Shown piece after piece: positions 41,595-53,800 of a stretch of 64,000 bases of DNA. The number at the start of each line of letters is the position of its first letter. Positions within the stretch are counted from its first letter, which is position 1. A program made the position numbers and the translations under genes. The DNA lies in contig JAXDKG010000058.1 in the NCBI GenBank assembly GCA_034667225.1, forward strand, positions 131,452-195,451, read 5' to 3'. The notes below the pieces were generated by a model that had not been told where the DNA came from, searched no databases, and saw only the letters and a program-made list of their open reading frames with translations. This DNA comes from Acidobacteriota bacterium (lineage in GTDB: Bacteria > Acidobacteriota > Thermoanaerobaculia > Multivoradales > UBA5704).

Positions 41595-44500
41595 CGGCCT
41601 TTCCCTCCGACCTTGGCCACCTTGGAGAGGAGCCGGTCGAGCGCCTTCTGGTCCAGGTCCGAGGCCGGGAAGTCGGATGGGGTGTAGCCCCCCGCGTCGG
41701 GCGCCAGGCAGTGGTCGATCAGCTTCCGGAGGGCGGCGAGGAACGTCTCCGCGAGCCGCTCGACCGTCTGGCGCCGGTGGCGCCGCCAGCCGTAGGCGAA
41801 GCTCGCGGTCAGGCGGCCGTCGCGCACCCAGGCGTTCACCTCCAGCCGGTACATGCGCTCGGCGCGCGGGCTGCGGGGCCGGCCGGGCGGTTCCGGGTCC
41901 ACCGCGAAAAGCGCGGAGGTGGCGAGCATCAGGTCAATCTGGCCGAGATAGTTGAAGGCGATCTCCGGCGCAGGCGAGCCCAGCGGCTCTCCCGACAGGT
42001 AACGCAGGACTCCGTAACCGAGCCCCCGGCTCGGCACGCGCCGAAGCTCCTCCTTGACCGCCTTGACGACCTCGCCCGGTGCCTGAGCTCCGCGAAGGTC
42101 GAGCCATGCCGGATGCAGTGAGGTGAACCAGCCGACCGTCCGCGACAGGTCGAGCCCCTCGCCGCCCGCGAAGGCGGGCTCGCGGCCGTGCCCCTCGAGA
42201 TCGACCCACAGCGTCCGCTCGCCCGTCCAGCCGGCCACGGCCTCGGCGAGCGCGGCAAGGAGCAACTCGTCCGGCCGGGTCTGATAGGCGCGGTGGACAT
42301 CCTTGAGAAGCGCCCGGGTCGCCTCCGGGTCGAGGGAGACGGTCACGAGATCGGTCGTGGCCTCGGTGTCCTCGCCCCCTGCACCTCTCTCAATATCGAG
42401 CGGCAGGCGCCGGCCTCCTGAGGCCGACACGGCCTGGGAGCGCCAGAAGGGGAGCTCGCGCGCAATTTCGGGTGCAGGGGGCGAGCCGGCGAGCGCGGCC
42501 AGCCGCTCGGCCCAGCGGCTGAACGGGATGGCCGGAGCGAGCAGGCGCACCTCCGCGCCGCCGAGCCAGGCGCGCTCGAAGTCCTCCAGGAGGACCCGCC
42601 AGGAGACGGCGTCCATCGCCAGGTGATGGACGACGAAGAGCAGCCGCTCCGGAGCTCCCTGAAAGAGCGCCGCGCGGACCATGCCGCGCCCGAGGTCGAG
42701 GCTCCCCTGGAGCGCCTCCGCCGCCGCGGCGAGGGCCGTCTCCCGCACCGGGTCCGGCAGCGCGGAGAGGTCGATCCTCGACAGCGGAGCCGGCTCTCCC
42801 GGCGGCGCCACCCGCTGGGTCCACTCGTTGCCGTCGTGCTCGAAGCGCAGCCGCAGGGCGTCGTGGCGGTCGATCAGCATCCGCAGCGTCCGCTCCAGGC
42901 GCTCCGGATCGAGCGGCTCGCGCGGGGTGAGCGAGACCGGGAAGGTGAAGTGGTGCGGGTCCGCGGGCTGGCGCTCGAAGTAGGAGCGCTGGATGGGGGT
43001 GAGCGGCGCCGGACCTTCGATGGCCGCGGCATCGTCTTCACTGCCGAGTGCCACCGCGACCTCCGCGAGCGCCGCGACCGTGGGGCGGTCGAATACCTGC
43101 CGCGGCGTGACCTGGAGGCCCGCCTCGGCAGCGCGCGCCACCACGCGCAGGCTCAGGATCGAATCACCGCCGAGATCGAAGAAATTGTCCTGCACGCCGA
43201 CGCGGTCGACCTGGAGCACCTCGGCCCAGATGCGCGCGAGGATCTCCTCGGCCGGGCTGCTGGGCGCGGCGACCTCCTCCCCTGCGCGCCGCTCCGGCTC
43301 GGGTTCAATTCGCGCCAGGGCGCGGCGGTCCACCTTGCCGCCGGGCGACAGCGGCAGGGCGTCGAGGAAGACCCAGGCGGCCGGGAGCATGTAGGCCGGA
43401 AGGGACTCGGCCAGGAAGCGCCGCAGCTCGCCGGGCCCGGGCGCCGGGCCGGAGGGGACCACGAACGCCACCAAGCGCCCGTCGCGCCCGATCACAGCCG
43501 TCCGGCGCACGGCGGGATGCCGGCCGAGCGCCGCCTCGACCTCGCCGCATTCGACGCGGTGCCCCCGGATCTTGACCTGCTGATCGATCCGTCCGAGGTA
43601 CTCCAGGTTGCCGTCCGGCCGCCAGCGCACCAAGTCTCCAGTCATGTACAGACGTTCTCCTCGCCCGCCGAACGGGTCGGGGACGAAACGCTCGCCCGTG
43701 AGACCGGGCCGGCCCAGATAGCCGCGTGCCACGCCGATGCCTCCGATCCAGAGCTCCCCCAGCGCTCCGATCGGCACCGGCCGGCCGAGCCGGTCCACGA
43801 CATAGGCGCGGGTGTTGGCCAGCGGACGCCCGATCGGCGGCCCTTCCGGCGGCTCTCCCGGCCCTTCGAACACCGTGGAGAAGATGGTGGCCTCGGTGGG
43901 ACCGTAGCCGTTCAGGAACCTGCGTCCGGCCGACCAGCGGGCCGCGGCTTCCGCGGTGACGCGCTCGCCGCCCAGCACCACGGTCCGCAGGGCCGGAAAG
44001 TCGCCCTCGGGCAGGGTCGCGGCCAGCGACGGCACCGCGGCCATGACGGTGATGCCGAGCCGGCGCAGCTCGTCCGCGAGCCCCGGCCCGGAGACCAGCG
44101 TGTCGCGCGAGAGGAGGAAGAGCGTGGCACCGGCGGCGAGCGTCGCGAAGATCTCCAGCACCGACACGTCGAACGACGGCGAGGCGGTCTCCAACAGCCG
44201 GCTCTGCGGGTCCAGCTCCAGGATCCGGCGCTCCGCGTGCAGGAGGCTGACCACCCCGCGATGGCTGACCACGACCCCCTTGGGTTGGCCGGTCGAGCCG
44301 GAGGTGTAGAGGAAGTAGGCGGGGTTCGCGGGGGAGGCCCCCTCCCCTGCCCTCCCCCGCTGCGCGGGAGAGGGAGCCCCCACCCGCTCCACGAACAAGA
44401 CCTGCCAGCCTTGCGGCACCGGCAGATTTCCGGCCAGCTCCTGCCGCGTCACCAGCACGCGAATCCCTGAGTCCTCCATCAGGAAGCGCAGGCGCTCGGC

Positions 44501-46144
44501 CGGGTAGTCGGGGTCGAGCGGCACGTAGGCGCCGCCGGCCTTCCAGACGCCGATCATCGCGGCGACGAGATCGGTCGAGCGCTCCAGGAGGAGGCCGACC
44601 GGCACCTCGGGGCCGACCCCCAGCTCGCGCAGGCGGCCGGCGAGACGGCCGGCCTGCTCGAACAGCTCGCGATAGGTGAGGCCGATGCCGCCGATACTGT
44701 CCGGTCCCACGACCGCGACCGCGTCGGGCCGCTCCGCTGCGACGCGCTCGAGGAACGCGTCGACCGTGACGTCCGGAACCTCCACCCGGCGACCCTGCCA
44801 GTCGGACAGCAGGCGCCGGCGCTCGGCCCCGTCGAGGAGCGGCAGGTCCTCCAGTGGACGATCCAGGCCCGAGGCCATGCCCTCGAGCAGCGTGCACATG
44901 TTCGCCAGCAGGCGCTCGGCCGCGCCCGCCTCGTAGCGCTGCCGGTCCCAGGTCAGGCGGAGCTGCAGGCCGCCGTGCGGGACGACGGCGATGTTGAGCG
45001 GGTAGTTGGTGCGCTCGGATGTCTCCAGATCGCGCACCTCCAGACCGCCGGCAGGAGTCTGGAGGAGCGACTGGTCCCGCGGGTAGTTCTCGAACGCCAC
45101 CAGAGTTTGGAAGAGCGGCTCGCCGTGCCGCACGCCGCTCCACTTCTGGACCTGCACGAGTGGACTGTGCTCGAAGCGGCGCAGCTCCAAGAGCCGGTCC
45201 TGGAGCCGGCGAAGCCAAGTCCGCAGCTCCTCGCGCTCCTCGATCCGCACCCGCACCGGCAGGGTGTTAATGAACAGGCCGACCATGGACTCGGAGCCCG
45301 CCAGGTGGGGAGGCCGGCCCGAGACCACGCTGCCGAAGACGACGTCCTCCTCCCCCGTCGTCCGCGCCAGGAAGATCGCCCAGGCCGCCTGGACGAAGGT
45401 GCCGACCGTGACCTCGGCGTGCCGCGCCGCCTCGGCCACGGACGCGGAGACGGCGGGCGGCAGCATCTCGACCCGGTCTTCATAGGACGGCGCGCCACGG
45501 GAGGAGGTGGTGGCCAGGGGCAGCGGCGTCGGGGTGGTGAACCCGGCCAGAGCCTCGCGCCAGAACGCCTCGGCCTCAGCCAGGTCCTGCTTCTCCAGCC
45601 AGGCGATGTAGTCCACGTACGGCCGGACCGGCGGCAGAGCCGAATTGCCGTCCAGGGAATAGCCGGCGAAGACCTCCTGCAGGACCCGCCCCAAAGACCA
45701 GCCGTCGAGCAGGAGGTGGTGATGGCTCCAGAGGAAGCGCCAGGCGCGGTCGCCGAGCCGGACCAGGGTCACGCGCATGAGCGGCGGCCGGGCGAGCTCG
45801 AAGCCGAGCCGCTGGTCCGCTTCGAACAGCGCTGCGAAGCGCGCGGTCTGCGCCTCTTCCGGCAGCCCGCGCCAGTCCTCTTCCCGCCAGGGGAGCTCCA
45901 CCTGCCGGTAGACCACCTGCACGGGCCGGTCGACCTCCTCCCAGTGGAATCCGGCGCGCAGCACCGAGTGGCGTTCCAGCACCCCCTCCCACGCCCTGCG
46001 CAATGCAGCAGGGTCGAGGTCGCCCGCCACCGTGCAGGCGGCCTGCTCCACGTATTGACCCGACTCCTGGTCGCTCAGGCTATGAAACAGCATCCCCTCC
46101 TGCATGGGAGAGAGGCGGTAGATATTTTCGACAGGGGCTTTCAT
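41591..46144 (-). CDS. NRPS module with epimerase: C(DCL-type)-A-T-E (module 3)
   Basis: [66 protein letters not shown] (T preceding E). E: [20 protein letters not shown]. Confidence 0.95.
44338..44376. repeat. GC-rich palindromic repeat family B2, in-frame copy inside A domain (module 3)
   Basis: CCCCCTCCCCTGCCCTCCCCCGCTGCGCGGGAGAGGGAG. It is translated as ...[13 protein letters not shown]... just N-terminal to [12 protein letters not shown]. Confidence 0.7.
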
Positions 46145-49100
46145 GGCTGTCTCTCAATCTTTCCCAGCAGCCGCTCGAGCTGCTGCTGCTCCAGGCCGGC
46201 GTGCGGGAAATCCGCTGCGATGTGGCCGGATGTTTCCCCGGACAGGCAGCGGGCGATCAGCGCCCGCAGGCGGTCCATCGTGTCCGCTGCCAGCCGCTCG
46301 ATCGTTTCGCGGCGGTAGCGCCCGCGGTCGTAGATCCAGACCAGACGCAGCTCGCCGTCGAGGACCAGGGCGTCGATCTCCAACGGATGGGGCCGCGGAT
46401 TGTGCGGATCGCTCGCGGCGCCTCCAGGATCGGAAGCGAGCCGCAGCGGACCCGCGCCCGGATCGTCGACCCGGCCGAGATAGTTGAAGGTCGCCTCGGG
46501 CCGCGGCTGGGCGCGCAGCGGCGCGGCGGCCTCGTCGTCCGCGAGGTAGCGGAGCACGCCGTAGCCGACGCCGCGCCGGGGCATCCGCCGCAGCCGCGAC
46601 TTGACCTCCTTGAGCGCATCCCCCTCACGCAGATCCAGCCGCAGCGGGAAGGAGGAGGTGAACCAGCCCACGGTGCGCGACAGGTCCACATCCTCGAAAA
46701 GCGCCTCGCGACCATGCCCCTCGACTCCGATCTCCAGCGTGCCGCGCCCGTCCGCGAGGGTCTCGGCCACTGCCGCCAGCACCACCTCCTCCACTCTCAC
46801 CGGATAGGCCTCCGGCACCTCGCTGAGAAGCTGGCGCGTCTCCTCGGCTCCGAGCGCGGTCTCGACTCGCTCGGCGTTCCCTTCCGTGGTGAGCGAAGAA
46901 GACTCCCCCGCCCTTCCTTCCTTCCAGTGCTCCAGCTCCCGCCGCACCTCCGCGGTCCGCGCGTACTCCCTGAGCCGCTCGGCCCAGCGCCGGAACGAGG
47001 TGGTCTTGGGCGGCAGGGCGAGCCCGTCGTAGGCAGCTCGCAGGTCGGCCAGCAGGACCGGCCAGGACACGGCATCGACAACCAGGTGGTGGACCGCGAG
47101 AAGCAGCCTCTCCGGACGGTCCGGCCCGAGGTCGAAGAGCGCGGCGCGCAGGAGCGGACCCCGATCGAGCCGGAAGCTCGCCTGGACCGCGTCCGCCGCG
47201 GTTCGCATGGCCGTCTCCGGATCTGGCAAGGCGGAGAGGTCGAACAGGATGCAGGGCACCTCACCGCCGGGCAAAGGAATCTCCTGGCGCCAGCCCGAGC
47301 CGGTGCGGATGAAGCGGGCTCGCAATTGATCGTGGTGCTCCACCAGTCGCGCTACCGCCCGGGCCAGCCGGGCGGGATCGAGCGCCGCGCCCTCGGCCAC
47401 TTCCAGCATCAGGGAGAGGTTCCAGTGGTGCGGCGCAGGCGGGTCCAGCTCTTCCAGGAACCAGCGCTGGATCGGGGTCAGGGGGACCAGGCCGGACACC
47501 GGCCCCTGCTCGGCGTCGGTGCGCGGCGCGCCGGAGGCCACTGCCGCCATACCCGCGAGCGTGGGGTGCTCGAAGAGCTGCCGCGGCTCCATGTAGAGTC
47601 CGGCCTCCGCGGCGCGAGCCACCACCTGGATCGCCAGGATCGAGTCGCCGCCGATCTGGAAGAAGTCGTCATGGAGCCCGACGCGCTCCAGCTTGAGCGC
47701 CCTGGCCCAGATGTCCGCCAGCAACCGCTCCTTCTCCGACGCCGGCATTTCGTCGGCCACCGGCGCCTCGGGTTCCAGGCGGGAGAGCGCATGCCGGTCC
47801 AGCTTGCCGGTCGGCGTGAGCGGAAGGTCATCCAGGAAGACGAAGCCGGCCGGGACCATGCCTTCGGGGAGTCGGCCGCGCAGCCATGATTTGAGGTCGG
47901 CCTCCTTGTCCCCTGCCACGCAAGCCAGGAGCCGGCCATCGCGGAGAACGACCGCGGCGTCGCGCACGGACGGATGCTCCCGGAGCACGGCCTCGATCTC
48001 CCCGGGCTCGACGCGGAAGCCGCGCACCTTGATCTGCTCGTCGAGGCGGCCGAGGAAGTCCAGCCGGCCATCGTGCAGGTGGCGGACCCGGTCGCCCGTG
48101 CGATAGAGACGAGCACCCGGCTCGCCGGAATGGGGATCGGGGACGAAGCGCTCGGCCGTCAGGTCGGGCCGGCCGAGATAGCCCCGACCCACCACGACGC
48201 CGCCGACGCAAAGCTCGCCATGCGCGCTGGCCGGCACGAGGTCGAGCCGGCGGTCAAGAACGTAGACGCGCGCTCCCGCCACAGGTCGGCCGATCGAGAG
48301 CTGGCCGGGGATAACTTCGCCGATGGTGGTGCAGACCGCGGCCTCGGTGGGGCCATAGACGTTGAAGAGCCTGCGGCCGGGTGCCCAGCGCTCCACGAGA
48401 CCGGCAGGCCAAGGCTCGCCGCCGAGAACCAGGCAGCGCACGCTCGCCAGCGAGCCCTCCGGCACGCTCGCCAGGGCGGTGGGGGTCAGGATGCCGCAGG
48501 TGGCGCCGCGCTCCTCGGCGAAGGCAGCCAGCTCGGGTCCGGCGAGGAGCGCGCCCGGCGGGGCGATGTGTAGAGCCCTGCCCGTGGAGAGGGCCGCGAC
48601 GATCTCCATGAGCGAGGCGTCGAAGCCGGGGGAGATGAGTTGGAGGAGGCTGTCGCCAGGCGCGTCCCCGAGGCCCAGACCAGTCACCAAGGGCAGGTTG
48701 TCCAGCGCGGCGCGGGAGATCATTACGCCCTTGGGGCGGCCGGTGGAGCCGGAGGTGTAGAAGACGTAGGCGAGGCCCAGCCCCGGGAGGGGCTGTACCC
48801 GTCTAGCCTGGGGTTTCAACCCCAGGCGGTGATCATCCGGCGCCGCGTTCGCCTGGGGTTGAAACCCCAGGCTAGACGGGTGTCGCTCCTCCGGAGCGAG
48901 CGCGTCCATCAGTACCAGCCGCTGCCCAGCAAACCGCTCCACCAGCTCTCCGGTCGTCACCACCACGCCTGCCCCGGAGTCCCGGAGTTGCCATTCCAGG
49001 CGCTCGGCGGGCCTGGGATCGAGCGGCAGGTAGAAGCCTCCCGAGGCGAGCGCTGCCAGGAATGCGATCACCCTCTCGGGCGAGCGCTCCAGGCAGACGG

Positions 49101-50862
49101 CAACCCCCTGCTCGGGACCAACCTGCAGCCGGCCGGCCAGCTCCTCCACTCTGCGGGCCAGCTCGGCGTAGGTGACCGTCCCGGTCTCTCCTACCAGAGC
49201 CGGGGCGTCCGGACGAGTGCGGGCGAAGCCCAGCACGGTGTCCAGAAAGGAGCGCTCCGGCCGGGCCAGCGACGTGGCGCTCCACTCGACCAAGAGCTGG
49301 CGGCGCTCGGCTTCGGAGAGCATGGGCAGCTCCGAGATGCGTCTCCACGGCTCGGTCAGGGCGCCGACGGCAAGCGCCAGGAAGTGGCCGCGCATGCGCA
49401 GGATCGTGGCCTCGTCCCAGAGGTCGGTGTTGTAGTCGAAACCGCCCTGGGGAATGGTGTCCTCCCCCTCCTCCTCGAATACTCCGAGACCGAGATCGAA
49501 ACGGGCGGTGTCGGTGTCGGTCTGCCAGGAGTCCACGAGCCGGATGTCCTTGAACTCGGGCTGCGGGATGTGGACGTTCTGCAGCACGTAGCTGACCTGC
49601 ACCAAGGGCGGATACGAAGGATCCCGGGTTCCTTCCATGACCTCCGTGAGCCGCTCGAAGGGGAAGTCCTGGTGCGCGAGGCTCGCGAGCGCGCTGTCCC
49701 TGACCCGGATCAGCAGCTCCACGAAGGTCGGGTCGCCGTGCATCCGCGTGCGCACCACGGCCATGTTGAGGAAGAAGCCGATCAGGGCATGGGTCTCGGC
49801 TTGCGGCCGGGTCACCACGGGCGAGCCGATCACGATGTCGTCCAGGCCGCTCCAGCGCTGGAGCAGCACGTCGAGCACCGCGAGGAAGGTCATGAAGCTG
49901 GTGACGCCGTGGCGCTCGTTGAAGGCTTTGAGGCCGCGGATCACCTCGGGCGGCAGGGCCATGGGCAGGCGCTTGCCTTTGAAGGTCTGGGAGGGCGGAC
50001 GCGGATGGTCCGTGGGCAGCGCCAGCACCGGCGGCGCTCCCGCGAGGTACTCGCGCCAGAAGCTGAGCTGCTCCTCCAGCACCTCTCCCTGAAGCCAGCC
50101 GCGCTGCCAGATCGCGTAATCGGCCATCTGGACGGGGATCTCCGGCAGCTTGGGAGTCCCTCCGCGTCGCATTGCCTCGTAGATCGCCGGCAGCTCGCGG
50201 AAGAGGATGCCCATGGACCAGGCGTCCGTGATCAGGTGGGGCATGGTGACGAGGAGGGCGTGCTCTTCCTCGCCCTCGCCACCTTCGACGGCTCGGAGCT
50301 GGGAGCGAAGGGTGCCGACGTAATGGGAAGCCGCCCCGCCCGTCCCCAGCTTGACGAGACTTACGCGGACGATCGGACCGCGCTCCAGATCGAATGGACG
50401 CTGCGGCTCCGCCAGGATGATCCGCGCTGCCTCGGCCTCGCGAATATCGGCGGACAGGCCGCTCAGGTCGATCACCGGCAGGCGGACGAAGGGCTCGGGG
50501 TCCACGACCTGGACCGGCTGGCCGTCCTGGAGCAGGAAGCGGGTGCGGAGCACCTCGTGCCGGCGCGCCACCTCACGCAGGCTGCGCTCAAGGATGCCGG
50601 GATCGAGACTGCCGCGCAGCCGTCCGGCGAAGGGGATGTTGTAAGCCGCAGAGCCGGGGTTGAGCTGCTCGATGAACCAGAGCCGCTGCTGGCCGAAGCT
50701 GAGCGGGTATGGGCCGGGATCGTCCGGATCGCGCCTCGGCACCGGGGGCGGACCGGTCTGGCGGCGCTCGGCTGGGATCCCTTCCTTGCGCAGGCGCAGT
50801 TCCAGAAGCTTCCGCTTCTCGGGCGGGAGCGAGGCCAGCCGCTTCTCCAGGTCCAGGCTCAT
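46141..50862 (-). CDS. NRPS module with epimerase: C-A-T-E (module 2, accepts the PKS-extended chain)
   Basis: [14 protein letters not shown]. The C3 motif reads [54 protein letters not shown]: [20 protein letters not shown]. Confidence 0.95.
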   Translation of the reverse strand: MSLDLEKRLASLPPEKRKLLELRLRKEGIPAERRQTGPPPVPRRDPDDPGPYPLSFGQQRLWFIEQLNPGSAAYNIPFAGRLRGSLDPGILERSLREVARRHEVLRTRFLLQDGQPVQVVDPEPFVRLPVIDLSGLSADIREAEAARIILAEPQRPFDLERGPIVRVSLVKLGTGGAASHYVGTLRSQLRAVEGGEGEEEHALLVTMPHLITDAWSMGILFRELPAIYEAMRRGGTPKLPEIPVQMADYAIWQRGWLQGEVLEEQLSFWREYLAGAPPVLALPTDHPRPPSQTFKGKRLPMALPPEVIRGLKAFNERHGVTSFMTFLAVLDVLLQRWSGLDDIVIGSPVVTRPQAETHALIGFFLNMAVVRTRMHGDPTFVELLIRVRDSALASLAHQDFPFERLTEVMEGTRDPSYPPLVQVSYVLQNVHIPQPEFKDIRLVDSWQTDTDTARFDLGLGVFEEEGEDTIPQGGFDYNTDLWDEATILRMRGHFLALAVGALTEPWRRISELPMLSEAERRQLLVEWSATSLARPERSFLDTVLGFARTRPDAPALVGETGTVTYAELARRVEELAGRLQVGPEQGVAVCLERSPERVIAFLAALASGGFYLPLDPRPAERLEWQLRDSGAGVVVTTGELVERFAGQRLVLMDALAPEERHPSSLGFQPQANAAPDDHRLGLKPQARRVQPLPGLGLAYVFYTSGSTGRPKGVMISRAALDNLPLVTGLGLGDAPGDSLLQLISPGFDASLMEIVAALSTGRALHIAPPGALLAGPELAAFAEERGATCGILTPTALASVPEGSLASVRCLVLGGEPWPAGLVERWAPGRRLFNVYGPTEAAVCTTIGEVIPGQLSIGRPVAGARVYVLDRRLDLVPASAHGELCVGGVVVGRGYLGRPDLTAERFVPDPHSGEPGARLYRTGDRVRHLHDGRLDFLGRLDEQIKVRGFRVEPGEIEAVLREHPSVRDAAVVLRDGRLLACVAGDKEADLKSWLRGRLPEGMVPAGFVFLDDLPLTPTGKLDRHALSRLEPEAPVADEMPASEKERLLADIWARALKLERVGLHDDFFQIGGDSILAIQVVARAAEAGLYMEPRQLFEHPTLAGMAAVASGAPRTDAEQGPVSGLVPLTPIQRWFLEELDPPAPHHWNLSLMLEVAEGAALDPARLARAVARLVEHHDQLRARFIRTGSGWRQEIPLPGGEVPCILFDLSALPDPETAMRTAADAVQASFRLDRGPLLRAALFDLGPDRPERLLLAVHHLVVDAVSWPVLLADLRAAYDGLALPPKTTSFRRWAERLREYARTAEVRRELEHWKEGRAGESSSLTTEGNAERVETALGAEETRQLLSEVPEAYPVRVEEVVLAAVAETLADGRGTLEIGVEGHGREALFEDVDLSRTVGWFTSSFPLRLDLREGDALKEVKSRLRRMPRRGVGYGVLRYLADDEAAAPLRAQPRPEATFNYLGRVDDPGAGPLRLASDPGGAASDPHNPRPHPLEIDALVLDGELRLVWIYDRGRYRRETIERLAADTMDRLRALIARCLSGETSGHIAADFPHAGLEQQQLERLLGKIERQP
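48781..48894. repeat. complete 114-bp family A palindromic element, in frame inside A domain (module 2)
   Basis: The 48-nt unit 48781-48828 is identical to 58425-58472. A 21-nt spacer follows. The inverted unit 48850-48894 shares 38 identical nt with 57746-57783. It is translated as [37 protein letters not shown] directly N-terminal to [14 protein letters not shown]. Confidence 0.85.
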
Positions 50863-53800
50863 GTGCCCTCCTCTGCCAGATGCGCCTTGACCTCGTCCAG
50901 CGACAGCGCCTCGATCTCGGCCAGGATCTCCTCCAGCCGCTTCTTCTCGAACGCGGCTTTTTCGCGCTCGCGCCCGATCTCCTCGGCCATAGCCGACACG
51001 GTCCGCGCCTCGAAGAAGGCCTTGAGCGGCAGCTCCACGTCGAACTCGGCGCGCATCTTCGAGAGGATCTGGAGCCCGGCGAGCGAGTTGCCGCCGAGCA
51101 GGAAGTAGTCGTCATCCACTCCGACGCGATCGACCCCGAGCAGCTCCTGCCAGATTTCCGCGATCTTCGCTTCCGATGGGTTGCCCGGCGCGCGGTAGGG
51201 GACGCCTGACTCCGGCCGCGCGTGTGCGACGGCCGCGGGTCCGGTGTGCATCACGTCAGTCCACTGCTGCAGGCGGCGGTTGAGGTCGCCGGTAGCCACG
51301 GCGAGCCGCGGCTGGCCGCGCAGAGATAGAACCCGCTCCAGGGTGTCCGCCAGCTCTTCTGGAGTCAGCATCAGCTCGTTCTGCTGCTGCCCGAGAATGC
51401 CCATACCTCCAATCGCCTGCCAGACCTCCCAGTTGACGCTCACCCAGGGAGGACCCCAGGCGCCGAGCAGGGCGTCCAGGGCGGCATCGGCCGCGGCATA
51501 GGCGCCGAGGCTCACGCCTCCGAGGACCGCCGCCAGCGAGGTGGTGGCGACGCAGAAAGCCGGCTCTTCGCCCAGCTCCCGCAGCGCCTCGCGCAGGGCG
51601 ATCGCGCCGCCGACCTTGGGCCGCAGATGGCGCTGGAGGTCCGCGGCGCCCAGTTCCGAGAGCGTCCGGTAATCGTCCGAGGGCTCCCCCGCCGCGTGCA
51701 GCACGCCATCGATCCGGCCGTGACGGGCCACCGCTTCACGCAGGGCGCGAGTTACCGCCGTCCGGTCGGCCACGTCGATCCCATCCTTGAGGTCGAGCTG
51801 CGTGATACGGGCACCGTCCACCATTTGGCCGAAGCGTCCGAGGCCGCCGGTGATCACGTAGTGGCCGTCAGGACGCAGCCCCTCCTTGCGCGCCAGCCGG
51901 AAAGGCTCGAAGACCTGCTCCCAGCGGTGACGGCCCCGCAGGGCGATGACAGGGGGGCCGTCGGTCTCCAACTCGGCCGCCAGGGCTTCTGCCTCTCCGG
52001 ACACGTCGATCAGCCGGCAGCGGAGGTTGGGGTACTCCTGGGGGATCACCTTGGCGAGGCCGGCCAGGGCGCCCTGCTCTCCGGTCGCCTCGCCGCCGGT
52101 CACCTCATACAACCCACGGGTCACCACCACGAGCTGGACAGGCGTGTGGACGCGCCTCCCCAACTCGCGGGAGAGGGAGAGGAGGCCCGGGGCATGGCCC
52201 ATGAACACCACGCGTTTCGGTGCACTGTCTTCCAAGAGACCGGCGACCGTGGCCTCGACGTCCTCTTCAGAAACGGCTTCCCGGAGGATGCCCCGGAGAC
52301 CCTTGGCGATCTCATGACCGTCCGAGATCACCCAGACATCCCCTTCCTCGGCCGCGGTATCCAGGGCACCGGCGGGAAGCGTCCGCTTCCAGGTAGGGAG
52401 ATAAAGCCAGTCCGCCGGGTCCTGCCGCTTGCCCAGGGTGGATGGCTTCGGCGCGCTTGGTTCGATCCAATACCGCTCTCCCTCGAACGGGTAGGTAGGA
52501 AGAGCGACCTTGCGACCCGGCTCCGCGGCGACCAGCGGCACGCCCGCCAGCCAGAGACGGCCGGCAGCGCCGAGGATCGCCTGCGTGTCCGTCTCGGCGT
52601 CCTGGAGGTGCGGCAGCGAGGGGACGATCCGGTCCCGGGCTTCCCCGCCCCGCCGCACCAGCGTGGTCAGGGTGGTGCCGGGGCCGACCTCCAGGAGGAG
52701 CCGGCGGGGCTCGGCGAGCAGGGCCGCCACCGCGGGAGCGAAGCGCACGGGCTGGCGCAGGTGGCGAGCCCAGTAGCCGGGATCGGTGGCCTCTTCGGCC
52801 GTGATCCAGGTCCCGGTCACGTTGGAGAGGAACGGGATCTGCGGAGGCCGGCGCTCGACACGGGCGACCCGCTCGCGGAAGGGAGCCACCGCGGGCTCCA
52901 CCAGGGCCGAGTGAAACGCGTGCGAGGTGTGCAGGCGCCGGCTCGCCGGAAGCTTCTGTTCCAGCCGCTCGATCGCGTCGAAGGGGCCCGAAACAGTACA
53001 AAGACCCGGGCCGTTCACCGCGGCCAGGGACAGCTCGCCGTCGAGCCACTCCGCCAGCTCCTCTTCCCCGAGAGGCACGGAGAGCATCGATCCCGGAGGC
53101 GTCGCCTGGACCAGCCGGCCGCGCTCCGCGACCAGCGCCAGAGCGTCTTCGAGGGAGAAGACCCCGGCCAGGCAGGCGGCCACGAATTCACCCACGGAGT
53201 GGCCAAGCAGAGCCTCGGGCTGGACGCCCCAATCCATCCACAGACGAGCCAGCGAGTACTCGACCGCGAACAGCGCGGGCTGGGCCAGCTCCGTCTGGCG
53301 AACATCTCCGGTAAACAGATCCATACCCAGGATCGCGGCACACCGGTCCATCTCCCGCCTGAACACCGGCCATCGTCCGTACAGCTCCGCGGCCATGCGC
53401 TCGTGCTGCGCCCCCTGGCCGGGGAACAGGAACGCCACGGGGACGAAGCCGGGATCGGGCTGGACAGTCAACCATTGGACGGAGGAGAGGTCCTTCCGGA
53501 CCACCGCGGCCCGGCGGACTTCCAGAGGCTGCCGTCCCGTCTGGAGCGTGAAGGCCACATCTCGTAGGTCGAGGTCCGGATGGGCTTCCAGATGCCGCAC
53601 AAGGTTCGCGGTGACGGCTTCCAGGGCTGAAGGAGTCTTTGCGGAAACCACGAGCAGGTGCTGCCCCTCACCCCCTGACCCCCTCTCCCATCGCACACCC
53701 GCCCGACCGGGAGAGGGGGAACCCTCCGCCAGCGTACCGTTGAGGTTCGGCACGGCGGCTGAGCTACGTCCCCCCCTCTCCCGGGGAAGGGAGGGCGATG

